This document shows positions 30,955-40,912 of a stretch of DNA of 64,000 bases, piece by piece (within the stretch, counting starts at the first letter, position 1; each line of letters starts with the position of its first letter). This DNA comes from Akkermansia sp. GTDB lineage: Bacteria; Verrucomicrobiota; Verrucomicrobiia; Verrucomicrobiales; Akkermansiaceae. The notes under the pieces were generated by a model. The model made no database searches, was not told the origin of the DNA, and saw only the letters and a list, made by a program, of their open reading frames with translations. Position numbers and translations under genes: made by a program. The stretch is from positions 3,880 to 67,879 of the forward strand of contig JAZOMC010000014.1 of assembly GCA_045653545.1 (NCBI GenBank). Direction: 5' to 3'.

Positions 30955-31440
30955 TTATAAGGTATCAGTACAGGCCGTATATTCATAAGTACCATGCACA
31001 CTCACGCCATAGCGACGTTTATCTCGGCCCTCGTATGTTTCTTGTGGAGCCGGGCTAAAGCCGGATTCGGTCGTAGCATCCAAATGGCTCAGCAAGGTGC
31101 GGTTCGCCACTTTAAGGCTCCTTGCTTGGGGGGACGCCATCGTAGACGCCTCCCGCACCGAAGCCACTTCAACCAAGTGGCTATCTAAGAGGAAGAAGCA
31201 TCCTATAGATGCCAGCAACACAACCGCAGCGCAAGAAGCCAAAAGCTTATAGTATGAAGTGCGTGTAGTACGGACACCTTCATTATCAATGACTGCCAAA
31301 AGGCGTTGCGTCATAGCATCATCCATCTCACACTCATGAGGTTCAGCCAGGTTCTCGCGAGTGCACGAGTACTTCCGCTCCTGCGCGGCGATTTCGCGCA
31401 GCAGTTTTTCAACATCGGCACATGTATATTTTTCTTTCAT
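30955..31440 (-). CDS. Single-pass membrane protein, putative anti-sigma factor
   Basis: One TM helix (AAVVLLASIGCFFLL); overlaps the stop of the upstream ECF gene. Confidence 0.6.
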   Translation of the reverse strand: MKEKYTCADVEKLLREIAAQERKYSCTRENLAEPHECEMDDAMTQRLLAVIDNEGVRTTRTSYYKLLASCAAVVLLASIGCFFLLDSHLVEVASVREASTMASPQARSLKVANRTLLSHLDATTESGFSPAPQETYEGRDKRRYGVSVHGTYEYTACTDTL

Positions 31441-32009
31441 CAGCGTTTGTCCGGGGTAATGTGTTTTCTGAGTTGATTTAACGCGGCTTGGTAGCGGGCT
31501 CTGACCGTTGACTCCGGCATTCCCAATTGCCTTGCAATTTCCGCTATCGGCAACTCATCCCATATTTTCATACGGATGATACATTGGTTCAGCGGGGGTA
31601 ATGAATCTAAAAGATTCCGGATTTGCTCTTGTTCATCAGATACGGGAAAGCGGAATTCCACGGCCTCGCTCTTTTCGCCATATTGCAACTCGGTCGCAAG
31701 CCTTTTAGCGTTTTTATAGCGAAATCTAATGGCTTCATGGCGAATTGCAGTATACGTATACGGCAGCCACGCCTGCTCCGGGAGATTCCCTTTATCCACC
31801 ACCTTCACAATCTTCTTCAGAACAACGGAAAGCAGGTGTTCAGCATCCGTCACACCGTCCACGTGCCGCTGGGTATATGCCAGCAGCAAGTGTCTGTACG
31901 CAAGAAACCACTCCGACAATTTCTGTCGAAGCTGATTACTGCGTCTGGAAAAGGGATGTAGCATGCTGTCTTCATTATATATAACCGCATTTGCTGAAAA
32001 ATCCTCCAC
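31440..32009 (-). CDS. ECF-type sigma factor (divergent region 2)
   Basis: Region 4: LLDSLPPLNQCIIRMKIWDELPIAEIARQLGMPESTVRARY. The true start may be MLHPF (31964). Confidence 0.75.
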   Translation of the reverse strand: MEDFSANAVIYNEDSMLHPFSRRSNQLRQKLSEWFLAYRHLLLAYTQRHVDGVTDAEHLLSVVLKKIVKVVDKGNLPEQAWLPYTYTAIRHEAIRFRYKNAKRLATELQYGEKSEAVEFRFPVSDEQEQIRNLLDSLPPLNQCIIRMKIWDELPIAEIARQLGMPESTVRARYQAALNQLRKHITPDKR

Positions 32010-32348
32010 TTATTTTGAAAAAAACATGAAAAATATTTTTTTCTTGCGATTTCTCGCCCCATCTGACTTAATATGGGTAAAGAGGAAGCCATATTATGAA
32101 TATCGCAGAATCCATCATCATAATAGGCTGTGGCCTGCTGTATAGCCTCCCGCATTCTTGCTTTTTCTATAAGCGTGAGGCGGCAGAAAGGGTGTAGCTT
32201 ATACGCTCAGTCCCCCCCCCGGAGCGCCTGCTCTTCTCTGCACAGAAATGGAGATACTCGCGCTTTATAACACATATGGAAGAAGCAGCATGAGAAATAT
32301 GCAGCCTCCATCTAATCGCTTTTTTGCGACATTTGCTCCACTTTAAAC

Positions 32349-32377
32349 TTGACAACAGCCCTATAGAAGTCTAGACT
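32349..32377 (+). promoter_or_regulatory. Promoter TTGACA-17-TAGACT upstream of the GTPase operon
   Basis: ttgaca acagccctatagaagtc tagact. Confidence 0.65.
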
Positions 32378-32538
32378 GTTGAATAGATAATTCGCAAGCT
32401 TCTTCACATCACATGCACAGGCGCAAGCAATATTCCGCCCTGCCCGATTGCCCCCCAGCAATCAGCCCGGTGAATAAGCGCCAATTGCACTGTAAATGAA
32501 GGCATAGCTCTGAAAAATCTCTCCAAAGTTTACCACAT

Positions 32539-33123
32539 ATGTCATCGTCGAACAATAAAGCCGATATTGAAGCCAAGATAAATGCCTTCATCTCGAAAGA
32601 AAAGGAAAGTGTATTACGGCGGAAATCCCAAAGCGAGCAATTTCTCAGTTATGAAGATTTTGCCACACTCGGCAAGAGTCTCAGGGCTGAATGGTGCGAC
32701 ATAACAGGGCTGAATGAAGTTCCCCAAGAATTAGGACTAGCCTGTGATTTAAGCTTGGCGATCAGCGCGGTAGACATGCCTACGAAGGTCAGAATCCTCA
32801 AGCGAGTTTTTACTGAATATGGTCGTTCTGCCGGGATGAAGGCCATATGGAAAGTGATAGTCGCAATCATAGATGATGATCTAGAAGAGACTCCAACGGC
32901 AATAACTTATGGGGTGGCCGGGGCCGTGGCCTGGTTAATAGGTAAAGGCAAACCATCAATAATGAGCTGGACTGTAGTCTGCGCGGGGCTTGCTGTTTAC
33001 TTCTTCTGTAAAGGTGATAACCCGTATAAGATTTCTGATAAGGCCGAGCGTGCCTTGCGCGACTCCGTAAGAGAAGTTCTGCATATACAGGCTAAAACCA
33101 CATCACTACCCACTTCCTTCTAG
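32539..33123 (+). CDS. Hypothetical membrane protein (two C-terminal hydrophobic segments)
   Basis: 194-aa ORF; first gene of a co-oriented run; no family recognised. Confidence 0.7.
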   Translation: MSSSNNKADIEAKINAFISKEKESVLRRKSQSEQFLSYEDFATLGKSLRAEWCDITGLNEVPQELGLACDLSLAISAVDMPTKVRILKRVFTEYGRSAGMKAIWKVIVAIIDDDLEETPTAITYGVAGAVAWLIGKGKPSIMSWTVVCAGLAVYFFCKGDNPYKISDKAERALRDSVREVLHIQAKTTSLPTSF

Positions 33124-33146
33124 TACATTTTTCAACATAAACAGAT

Positions 33147-35504
33147 ATGTCACACTCACCGTTATACGATAAAATTGTCAGCCATCGTAAACAGCAGGCT
33201 GAGCCTTTGAAACAGATGCTTAATTCTGCCCAAGCGCTGAAGGCAGCCTTGCAGAAAGTCATGAGCTCATACCTGATTCAGCCGAAACCGGAGGTGGCCG
33301 CGGTGCTGCTACAAAAGGTGGAGGCGCTCACAAAAGACCTCACCAATAAATACACACGCTTCAGCAACGGCTTAATAACGGTATCAATTGCCGGCTTGGA
33401 AAAGTCCGGCAAGACCACCTTTTTGAAGAAGTTTACCGGCATCGAAGAACTGCCGACGGCCGCGCAGCGTTGCACCTCTGTCGCCTGCGAGATTATCTGT
33501 GTAGATAGTGCGGCCGCAGAGCGTTTTGTTATCGAGTATTACTCCAGAGAACAGCTGCTGGAGAATATCTGCAACATGCTGGGCGACATGCAGAAGTGCG
33601 GCGAAAACCTGTGGGCTGAGGGGCGCGCCAGACAGTGGGCTCCCTTGCCGGGGTCTGTTGAAGCCTTCGTCCAGTATCCCCTGCCGCAAAATACTGATAT
33701 AGACGCCTTCCAGCGAGCCCGCTACTGCAACGAGGCCAATGGCAGCGGCACGCTCCTGCAGCTCAAGTCCATTCAGGCGGCATTGGCGCTTCATTCCTCA
33801 AAACTCGGCACCGAGGAAGAGGATCGCTGCATCGCTAATCTGACACGCTTCGCCAGCCACAAGACGAAGAATAACGCAGATGTGAGCGACATGCAGCCGC
33901 TCATCCGAAAGATTTCAGTATATAAGAACTACTCAAATACACTTGGTTCCCTGCGCCTGTGTGATACTCCCGGTGTGGATGACCCGAATCCTCAGGCTCA
34001 GCGAAGAGCGCTGAACTCCATCGAGTCGGACACTGACTTGCTCATCATAGCCAGCCGTCCGGGGAACAAGCCCAGCGTAACCGGCTTAGCCGAACTGCTG
34101 GCCAACCTCAAGAAGCTGGACAAGGATGCCCCATGGCGCGAGCGCTCCCTGTTCCTGATTAACTGGGACAAGGGTGCCGACCCCACAGGTGAGCATGCCC
34201 AGACCCATAAGGACGAGGTATTGATGGATGGCACCTTTGATTCCGGCAGAGTAAAGGGCCCGTACGACGTGCGTGATGATGAATCTGCCCGCAACAACTT
34301 CATGGAAGAGGTATACAACCGCCTGCTGGCAGAATTGCCCGTTCAGGATAAATCTTTTATGGAGAGGCAGAAAAACCGTTGGGAAGAAATCATTTCCATG
34401 GTCACCCTCCAGCTGCTGCCTACCCTGAGAGACCAAGCACCGCCCTTGGAAAAAGTTCTGCACGAAAAGCTGCATACGCTTTTTGATAAATGGTTCGAGG
34501 ATACTGACAATATCGGTCGCTCGACGGATTACTTCATGGGACGCCTTAAGACAAGGTTCGGTGAAAAGACGAAACACATCGCTGAAAACAACCAGTTGAG
34601 CGAAATGCGCAACAAGGTTATAGAGGTACTGAATGATGAATTCGAACAGCTGAACGGATGGTTGGAGCGAGAGGCCTCTGAAATCCGTTGCGATGAGGAG
34701 CTTAGCCAACCGAGAAGCGCCGTGGGGCAAATCATGCCTAAGCTGAGTAGCCAGTTCAGCGAAATCGTCAAAAAACTGGTGAACGTGGTGACCAATATTA
34801 GCCCGCTTGTTCAGAGAGAAGTGCTGGACGTACTGCGCGGAGCTTTCGGTGAGGATATCGCGGATGAGTTCTGTGGTTCACCTCAAAAGCCTGAGAGCGA
34901 GCAGCTCGCCATTCTGCAGGAAAAAATGGCAAAGGCCGCTTCCGCTGTAAAGGAAGAGCCGATTCGTTTTATCGCGGAGCAGTTGCAAGAGTTCTCTAAT
35001 CTCTCACTACAAATGGCCTACATCCTTCGCCACGAGCTCAGACCCTGCCTCAACTTGCTCAACCCGCACCATTGGAAGGCAGATCGCAGAGCCAAGCTCG
35101 TGGAACGAAGCTGCGCAATATTGGAGAAATCCCCCTCACCGGAGGCTGCCGGTGATCTAGCTTGGTTGCAGCAATATGCCACCTCCGAATATCCCGGTGA
35201 AGGCTCATCCGCCGCAGCCAGCAGCGAGTTCTTGTTCCGCTTGGCTTACTGCGCCAGCTCAGTACTGGAAACCCTCGTGCGCAGCAATGAAGGGCAGCTC
35301 GCAGAATTGGTGGAAGACTATATCGAACAAGCCAGCCAGACCCTCGCCTCTCAGAGTGCCTGCCGGGCCGGCTGGAAGTGGGGCCTTGGCCACTACAAGC
35401 ACATTATCCTGCGTGAGCCTTATGCTGAGCTGGAACGCCGCTCAGCTGACAGCGCAGCTTACCATGAGCTGATTAAAGAGTTGGATCGCGCCTACAGAGA
35501 CTAA
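33147..35504 (+). CDS. Dynamin-like GTPase 1
   Basis: G1 GLEKSGKTT, G2 region PTAAQRCTS, G3 LCDTPGVDD, INWDK, long helical C-terminus. Confidence 0.8.
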   Translation: MSHSPLYDKIVSHRKQQAEPLKQMLNSAQALKAALQKVMSSYLIQPKPEVAAVLLQKVEALTKDLTNKYTRFSNGLITVSIAGLEKSGKTTFLKKFTGIEELPTAAQRCTSVACEIICVDSAAAERFVIEYYSREQLLENICNMLGDMQKCGENLWAEGRARQWAPLPGSVEAFVQYPLPQNTDIDAFQRARYCNEANGSGTLLQLKSIQAALALHSSKLGTEEEDRCIANLTRFASHKTKNNADVSDMQPLIRKISVYKNYSNTLGSLRLCDTPGVDDPNPQAQRRALNSIESDTDLLIIASRPGNKPSVTGLAELLANLKKLDKDAPWRERSLFLINWDKGADPTGEHAQTHKDEVLMDGTFDSGRVKGPYDVRDDESARNNFMEEVYNRLLAELPVQDKSFMERQKNRWEEIISMVTLQLLPTLRDQAPPLEKVLHEKLHTLFDKWFEDTDNIGRSTDYFMGRLKTRFGEKTKHIAENNQLSEMRNKVIEVLNDEFEQLNGWLEREASEIRCDEELSQPRSAVGQIMPKLSSQFSEIVKKLVNVVTNISPLVQREVLDVLRGAFGEDIADEFCGSPQKPESEQLAILQEKMAKAASAVKEEPIRFIAEQLQEFSNLSLQMAYILRHELRPCLNLLNPHHWKADRRAKLVERSCAILEKSPSPEAAGDLAWLQQYATSEYPGEGSSAAASSEFLFRLAYCASSVLETLVRSNEGQLAELVEDYIEQASQTLASQSACRAGWKWGLGHYKHIILREPYAELERRSADSAAYHELIKELDRAYRD

Positions 35505-35533
35505 AAGAACTAAAAAACTAACTCCTTTTTCAT

Positions 35534-37324
35534 ATGTTGAACATTTCCGAAGTTATAGAACAAACAATCGCCATCGCGGATAAGTTTGCTCCGAAACAGA
35601 GCAGAAAGCTGGAAAACTTACAGAAAAGCATGGCACGCCATGGCCTGAAAATCGTGGTCATGGGTGATTTCAAGAGCGGCAAATCGACGCTGATTAACAA
35701 GGTATTCCTCAAAAAGGATTTGTTGCCGATAGATTACCGAGAAGCAACAGCGGTCCCCACCCGCCTGACAGACGGTGCCCTGTGCATGCGCGCATACGCT
35801 CCGAACTCTGCGCAGCCCGCCATTGAGCTGCCGGATGTGGACGCCGCCACCTTGGCTCAGTATATCACGGCCCCGGAAGGCGCAGAGCGTGCAGAGCTGG
35901 CTGATAAGTACAGCCACATCGATGTTAGCATGCCCGGCATTCTGCCCCCCGGTATTACCTTGGTAGATACTCCGGGGTTGAACACGACCAATATCCGCGT
36001 GATAGAGGGCACCCAAAAAGAAGCACGTGACGCTGATGGCATCATCTATGTGTGCCGGGCAGCTCAGCTGAGCATGTCACAGCGAGAGACCATCCGTGAC
36101 CTCTGCGGAAACCGCGTCCAGCAGTTCCCCCTGCACGTCGTCCTCACGGCAGCAACAAGCCAAACCCCCGCTCAGGTGGAGGCCATACGGCGCGACATTG
36201 AGGCAGATTTGAGCAATCATGGCATAATAGCCCGCTGCTCCGTATTCCACATCAACGCACGAACGGAGCGCGGCATCTCTATCGCACCGGTAGCGCCTCA
36301 GGCTCCGGTGTCGCATGGTATGCGTCGCCGCTCATTTGGTACAGCGGCAGCGGAAGCTCCTGCTGCACCTGCTACGGAAGTGGCAGCTGCCCCGGGGCTG
36401 AATGACGGCCTTAAGAGCACTTTAGAAAGCTTTATCAACAACGAGGTATACCGTGGAAAGATAGCTCGTGTAGCCCGCGAGTTAAAGCCTATTCTGGAGA
36501 GCATCCTCTCGGCTCTTGAACTCCGTATAGAGACTTCAAGCAAGAGCGAAGAGCAGCTCTCTGCCATGAAGGAAGAACTGCGCCGCAAAAAGCGCCTCTA
36601 TATGGAGGTCGTGGAAGATATTCTTACAGACGTGCGCAAAGCTCAGTTGGTATACAAACAGTCTGTAACAAAAGCCATACAAGATATACAGACCGACTGC
36701 GAAAAGCGACTCGATAACACGCAGGATGCCGGTGCCCTCTGGGCGGTCGTAGATAGCATGAAAACCTCTATACCGGCTGAGATTGCGCTGAAGATAGAGT
36801 CCTTGACTCTCGATTACCAAACAGATGTGAGGCACATCAGCCGCAAATACCAACAGGATTTACAAAGTCGCCTCAAGCTCGACACCACTAGTGAAGAGAT
36901 TGTACTGGATATGGGTATCTTGTCCAAAATCCCCGGTTGGCTTGTAACCACACTGGACTACGTCCTTGTTATAAGCACGTCTCCCCTGCCCTGGTTTGCA
37001 GATATTCCGCTGCGCATCTTGGCCGGCAAGCTCGATTGGCTTAAGAAGTTCTTGCCCGCATCCGTAGCTGCCGATTTGCTGCGTAAGAAAGTTTCCGGCA
37101 CGGTGAAAACAGCTCTGGAAACATTGAAATCAAACATGCTGATACAGCAGGATAACAATTTCCGCGAGTGTCTAGAATCCCTGCAATATGAGCTAACGAA
37201 CAACTCTCAGTTTGAGCTCTCCGAAGAAATAGAGGCTGTCAGCAAGCAACAACTCAGCGCTACGGAAAAAGCCCGCCTAGAGGCCACAATTGGCAAGGTT
37301 CAGAACTGGATAGAAGAAATGTAA
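35534..37324 (+). CDS. Dynamin-like GTPase 2 (BDLP/LeoA-like)
   Basis: G1 GDFKSGKSTLIN, LP.DYREATAVPT, G3 LVDTPGLN, helical stalk with hydrophobic paddle (WLVTTLDYVLVISTSPLPWF). Confidence 0.85.
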   Translation: MLNISEVIEQTIAIADKFAPKQSRKLENLQKSMARHGLKIVVMGDFKSGKSTLINKVFLKKDLLPIDYREATAVPTRLTDGALCMRAYAPNSAQPAIELPDVDAATLAQYITAPEGAERAELADKYSHIDVSMPGILPPGITLVDTPGLNTTNIRVIEGTQKEARDADGIIYVCRAAQLSMSQRETIRDLCGNRVQQFPLHVVLTAATSQTPAQVEAIRRDIEADLSNHGIIARCSVFHINARTERGISIAPVAPQAPVSHGMRRRSFGTAAAEAPAAPATEVAAAPGLNDGLKSTLESFINNEVYRGKIARVARELKPILESILSALELRIETSSKSEEQLSAMKEELRRKKRLYMEVVEDILTDVRKAQLVYKQSVTKAIQDIQTDCEKRLDNTQDAGALWAVVDSMKTSIPAEIALKIESLTLDYQTDVRHISRKYQQDLQSRLKLDTTSEEIVLDMGILSKIPGWLVTTLDYVLVISTSPLPWFADIPLRILAGKLDWLKKFLPASVAADLLRKKVSGTVKTALETLKSNMLIQQDNNFRECLESLQYELTNNSQFELSEEIEAVSKQQLSATEKARLEATIGKVQNWIEEM

Positions 37325-37327
37325 GGT

Positions 37328-39787
37328 ATGAGTAATGCCATGAATTACACTTCAGAAGCGCAGGAAAGGTACGTTGCCCTGCGTGAAGAAACAGCACAGC
37401 TTCTGGATAAAGCGCAGGAGTTACTGAACAGAAGCTCTGAGGAAATTGCCGAATGCCAGCCGGGACAATTGGACGGCCTCGCTGAGAAACTGAGGAATGA
37501 TCGCTTCAATCTCGTATTGACCGGTGGATTCCAAACGGGCAAATCCACGATGTTCTGCTACCTTTGTGGCGGGCGTGAGCTCTCCCCCGTCGGAGCCGGC
37601 GGAGGCGGCATCCGAACCAGTGGTGTGCGAGTAGCAGCCATTCCCGTACAGAGTGGTAAACAGGAATACGCCATTGTAAAATGGCGTACGGCGGACGAGC
37701 TGCTGGCCTCTCTGGGAAGCTGGCTTGTACCGCACTATGTTGAGGCTCGCCTTAAGCGCCAAGCGCAAGATCCCCTCCGCAACTACATCACTTCAGATGA
37801 TATAGACCTGCAAAATGAGAACGCCCGCAAAAAACTAGCAGCCCTCGCCATTGAAAAGCTTAACGCTTTTGCGTCGAAAGCTCCCGGCACTGAGATAGAG
37901 CAAGCCCGCATGGCCTTGTTGATTGCTTGGTTTGCGCCCTATTTCCTGAAGCATATTTCGCAGCAGGAGAGCCAGACTTGCTACAACTCGCTAAAGGATG
38001 TGGTCAGCCTCGCTTCTTATCCCAGCGGCTGGGAACAGCGCTGGAAACAAACCCGCGAAAACGGCTGGCATGGTGGCTTCACGAAAGAAGACGTTGCCTT
38101 TATTTTCATTCACTCCATTGAGTACCATATCGATTCACCCTACCTGCGCCAGCTGGGCTGCTGCCTGATTGATTCCCCGGGGCTTTCCGCCAGCAAATGG
38201 GATTCCGACATTGCAGCGCAATGCATGAAGGAATCAGATATCGTGCTATACCTTTTCAATGGCAGCAAGGAGATATCGATTGATGATTGTGTGAATGTGA
38301 ACACTTGCGCGGAAGCTGGCGCAGAAAGCAAGCTCCTGTTCGGTGCCAATCTCCGCATGGCTCCGTTCCAGTGGAAGAAGTGCCAAGAGGCCTCCATTCC
38401 TAAACTGGAAACAGAGGGCTATAAAGTACCCGCCTTTTTCAATTTCCACGCCGGTCTTGCCCTGAGAACATCCGAGCTGTGTGCTCTGGACAATGGCGCA
38501 TTGCACTCATCATCCGAGGCCGCTATTGACAGGGCTTTGGAAGAAATCGGAGCCCCGACTACGGAAGAAAACCGCAAACAACTGCTTACAAACATATTGG
38601 AAGATTACCTGAGTACTTTCACCAAAGAAAATCAACTTTCAAGAGGAAAAACACTCAGGGATTATACGGAAGAGGCTTTTGGAGAAAAGAGCATCAAATA
38701 CCCTGAGCTCGAAGAGCTCAGCGGCATACCAACTTTTGTCAAGGCTGCCCGGCGAGAAGTACTTACACGCAAAAAGGAGAGTCTGTTGCGCCGCAATGGT
38801 TCCGCCCGCGTGAAGATGGCTCTCGAGGCTGCTCTTGACAGCATGAAAAAAGAACAAGAAGCTCTCCACAACCAGCAAAACTGCAGTGAAGAATACCTCA
38901 CAGACCTGCACCGCAAGACAGAGGATTTCGAGAAAGAAATTGAACGGGCTCGTGATGAAGTTGACAAGCAGTTCCGCAAAACGGATGAAGATTTGAAAGC
39001 TCGTTACAGTGAGAAGCTCATCAATGCCTTGGATGAAAGGCGGAATGAAATTATCTCGCTAACTGCTCAGAAATTTGTCGGTCCATGGGACGCTATTGGT
39101 GACTTCAAAAACCCGTGGGCTCCGGCTTCAAACGAGGTTATGTTAGAGTACAATCAGGCCTTAACCGATATTCTGAGAGGTATCCTGCATCAGCTTTGCA
39201 AAGTCATAGCCCATGATATATACCAAACGACGGCATACGACTTAGCCTTAAATAAATATAATGAAATTTGCGTTGAATATCATATGCCCACCATCAAGAG
39301 CCTCGTCCCGCATATGTACCAGCAGACATATATGGAGAACGCGCCTATTCCCGGATGGGGCGGTGATATCATGGAGATTATCCGGCAGGGCAATTTGGTG
39401 GCCATGGTGTTAAAATTCATACCGGGCACGACCACCGTGTGGGAACGCGCCGAAAAAGCCGTAAATGCGTGCTGGGGAACAATAATCAATGGCATGCACA
39501 GAGTTATGTGCGAAAATATTTTCTACCGTTGCTGGGAGCAAGACACTTCACGCCGCGGTCCCCTGCAACAAATGTGGGATGTGCGTGATGCTTTCGTAAA
39601 TCACTTGTACGAAATGCTGAACGGCAAAAAAGAAAGTCTGAAACGCGCTCACCGAACCGCAATCGAAAGCAAAGAACAGACGGACGCCAGAAGCAAGCGT
39701 ATTTCGGCACTCTACAGCGAAGCTGAAAGCCTGCTGCAACATACAAGAACGCTTGATAACCGTATCGAAAACGAATTAAACAATTAA
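37328..39787 (+). CDS. Dynamin-like GTPase 3
   Basis: G1 GGFQTGKST, G2 GIRTS, G3 LIDSPGLS, coiled-coil stalk. Confidence 0.82.
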   Translation: MSNAMNYTSEAQERYVALREETAQLLDKAQELLNRSSEEIAECQPGQLDGLAEKLRNDRFNLVLTGGFQTGKSTMFCYLCGGRELSPVGAGGGGIRTSGVRVAAIPVQSGKQEYAIVKWRTADELLASLGSWLVPHYVEARLKRQAQDPLRNYITSDDIDLQNENARKKLAALAIEKLNAFASKAPGTEIEQARMALLIAWFAPYFLKHISQQESQTCYNSLKDVVSLASYPSGWEQRWKQTRENGWHGGFTKEDVAFIFIHSIEYHIDSPYLRQLGCCLIDSPGLSASKWDSDIAAQCMKESDIVLYLFNGSKEISIDDCVNVNTCAEAGAESKLLFGANLRMAPFQWKKCQEASIPKLETEGYKVPAFFNFHAGLALRTSELCALDNGALHSSSEAAIDRALEEIGAPTTEENRKQLLTNILEDYLSTFTKENQLSRGKTLRDYTEEAFGEKSIKYPELEELSGIPTFVKAARREVLTRKKESLLRRNGSARVKMALEAALDSMKKEQEALHNQQNCSEEYLTDLHRKTEDFEKEIERARDEVDKQFRKTDEDLKARYSEKLINALDERRNEIISLTAQKFVGPWDAIGDFKNPWAPASNEVMLEYNQALTDILRGILHQLCKVIAHDIYQTTAYDLALNKYNEICVEYHMPTIKSLVPHMYQQTYMENAPIPGWGGDIMEIIRQGNLVAMVLKFIPGTTTVWERAEKAVNACWGTIINGMHRVMCENIFYRCWEQDTSRRGPLQQMWDVRDAFVNHLYEMLNGKKESLKRAHRTAIESKEQTDARSKRISALYSEAESLLQHTRTLDNRIENELNN

Positions 39788-39792
39788 TCCTT

Positions 39793-40908
39793 ATGTTGGG
39801 AGACTTTTTAAAAGACTTTGAAGAGGGGTGCGTGAAAAAGCTCACCCTGCAAGAGGTGAAAGAACTCGCCCCGGGCACAGCTGTGGTGGCACTGAAAGAT
39901 CCGAGTGAGTTGAGCAATGGTGGATTACCGACGGATATTCGTTTCGGTATCCGCGCAGAAGAGGAAGATGTCATCATCCTGCAAAACCCCTTATCTGATG
40001 ATTGGGATAATCCCTATTTCCAGATAACTGCATTCGACATAGATTTCCTGCAAATGCAGTTTTATCTGTACGGCGTACAGAAGAATAAGGATTTGTCAGC
40101 CACGCTGCAACGTGCAAAAGAACGGTTGTATACCGACATAGAAGTGCTTCGCAGCAAGGCGGGTGACGATTTTGTGGATGAATGTATTACCGGTCTGAGC
40201 GTCGTGGATATATTTGCACAGTATGATATCTCGTCCGGGCAGCATTGGTGGACACCGCTTATTGTGGACACCAAGTTCATTATTGAACAAGCCCAAGCTG
40301 CTCTGGATAGTGCCATTGCCGAGAAGAAGCAGCAAGGCGAAGCAACAGTTACCCTAGAAACCAGCAGTTATTTGCTGTCACACTTACCCGCTAGCAAGAA
40401 GCCTATTGCTCTGCCGGAAGTAGAGCACCATGGAATCCTGATAGAGCGAGCCAGAGTCATTCACTTTTCAGAAGGGCGAATTCGCACTAACGGTTTCGGG
40501 AAATTCCTCGAAACCACCCCCAATTCCGCTCCCGGAGGCCCAGCTGGCGGCGAGAAAGAACAGATAGAACTGGCAGGACGCCTCTATACCCGCAATCGTG
40601 CGGTGTGGGTATTCTGCACAGAAGGCGTAAAGGGCAGATACTGGGGAACATATAACCTTCTGACCAACAATTGCGAGCACTTCTCCCGCGCTTGCCGCGA
40701 GAACCGAAGAGTTTCAGCACAGGTTATCAATCAAACCATTGATGCGATAAATACTATTTTGAGTAATATTTTGCCCCTTATAGGTGCGCTGGTCGTAGGT
40801 GTTATAAGTATACTCCAAAAACTTTTCATGCCGCCAATAATTGTAGGGCCGATTGAAAATCGATGTGTCAATTATGAAGAATTAAAGAGAATCTTTGATA
40901 ACGCCTAA
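39793..40908 (+). CDS. LRAT/PLAAT-like (permuted NlpC/P60) Cys hydrolase/acyltransferase with N-terminal unknown domain and C-terminal hydrophobic helix
   Basis: EHHGI, VIHF and YNLLTNNCEHF (His-His-Cys triad order typical of the LRAT family). Confidence 0.8.
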   Translation: MLGDFLKDFEEGCVKKLTLQEVKELAPGTAVVALKDPSELSNGGLPTDIRFGIRAEEEDVIILQNPLSDDWDNPYFQITAFDIDFLQMQFYLYGVQKNKDLSATLQRAKERLYTDIEVLRSKAGDDFVDECITGLSVVDIFAQYDISSGQHWWTPLIVDTKFIIEQAQAALDSAIAEKKQQGEATVTLETSSYLLSHLPASKKPIALPEVEHHGILIERARVIHFSEGRIRTNGFGKFLETTPNSAPGGPAGGEKEQIELAGRLYTRNRAVWVFCTEGVKGRYWGTYNLLTNNCEHFSRACRENRRVSAQVINQTIDAINTILSNILPLIGALVVGVISILQKLFMPPIIVGPIENRCVNYEELKRIFDNA

Positions 40909-40912
40909 AGTC

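Noticed and set aside
32212-32220. C9 homopolymer as a phase-variation switch
   Set aside because: Intergenic and about 130 bp upstream of the operon's -35, not in a spacer or CDS; no support without read data.
32167-32591. Small minus-strand ORFs in the ECF-operon gap
   Set aside because: They overlap the predicted promoter and the first operon gene and show no coding signal.
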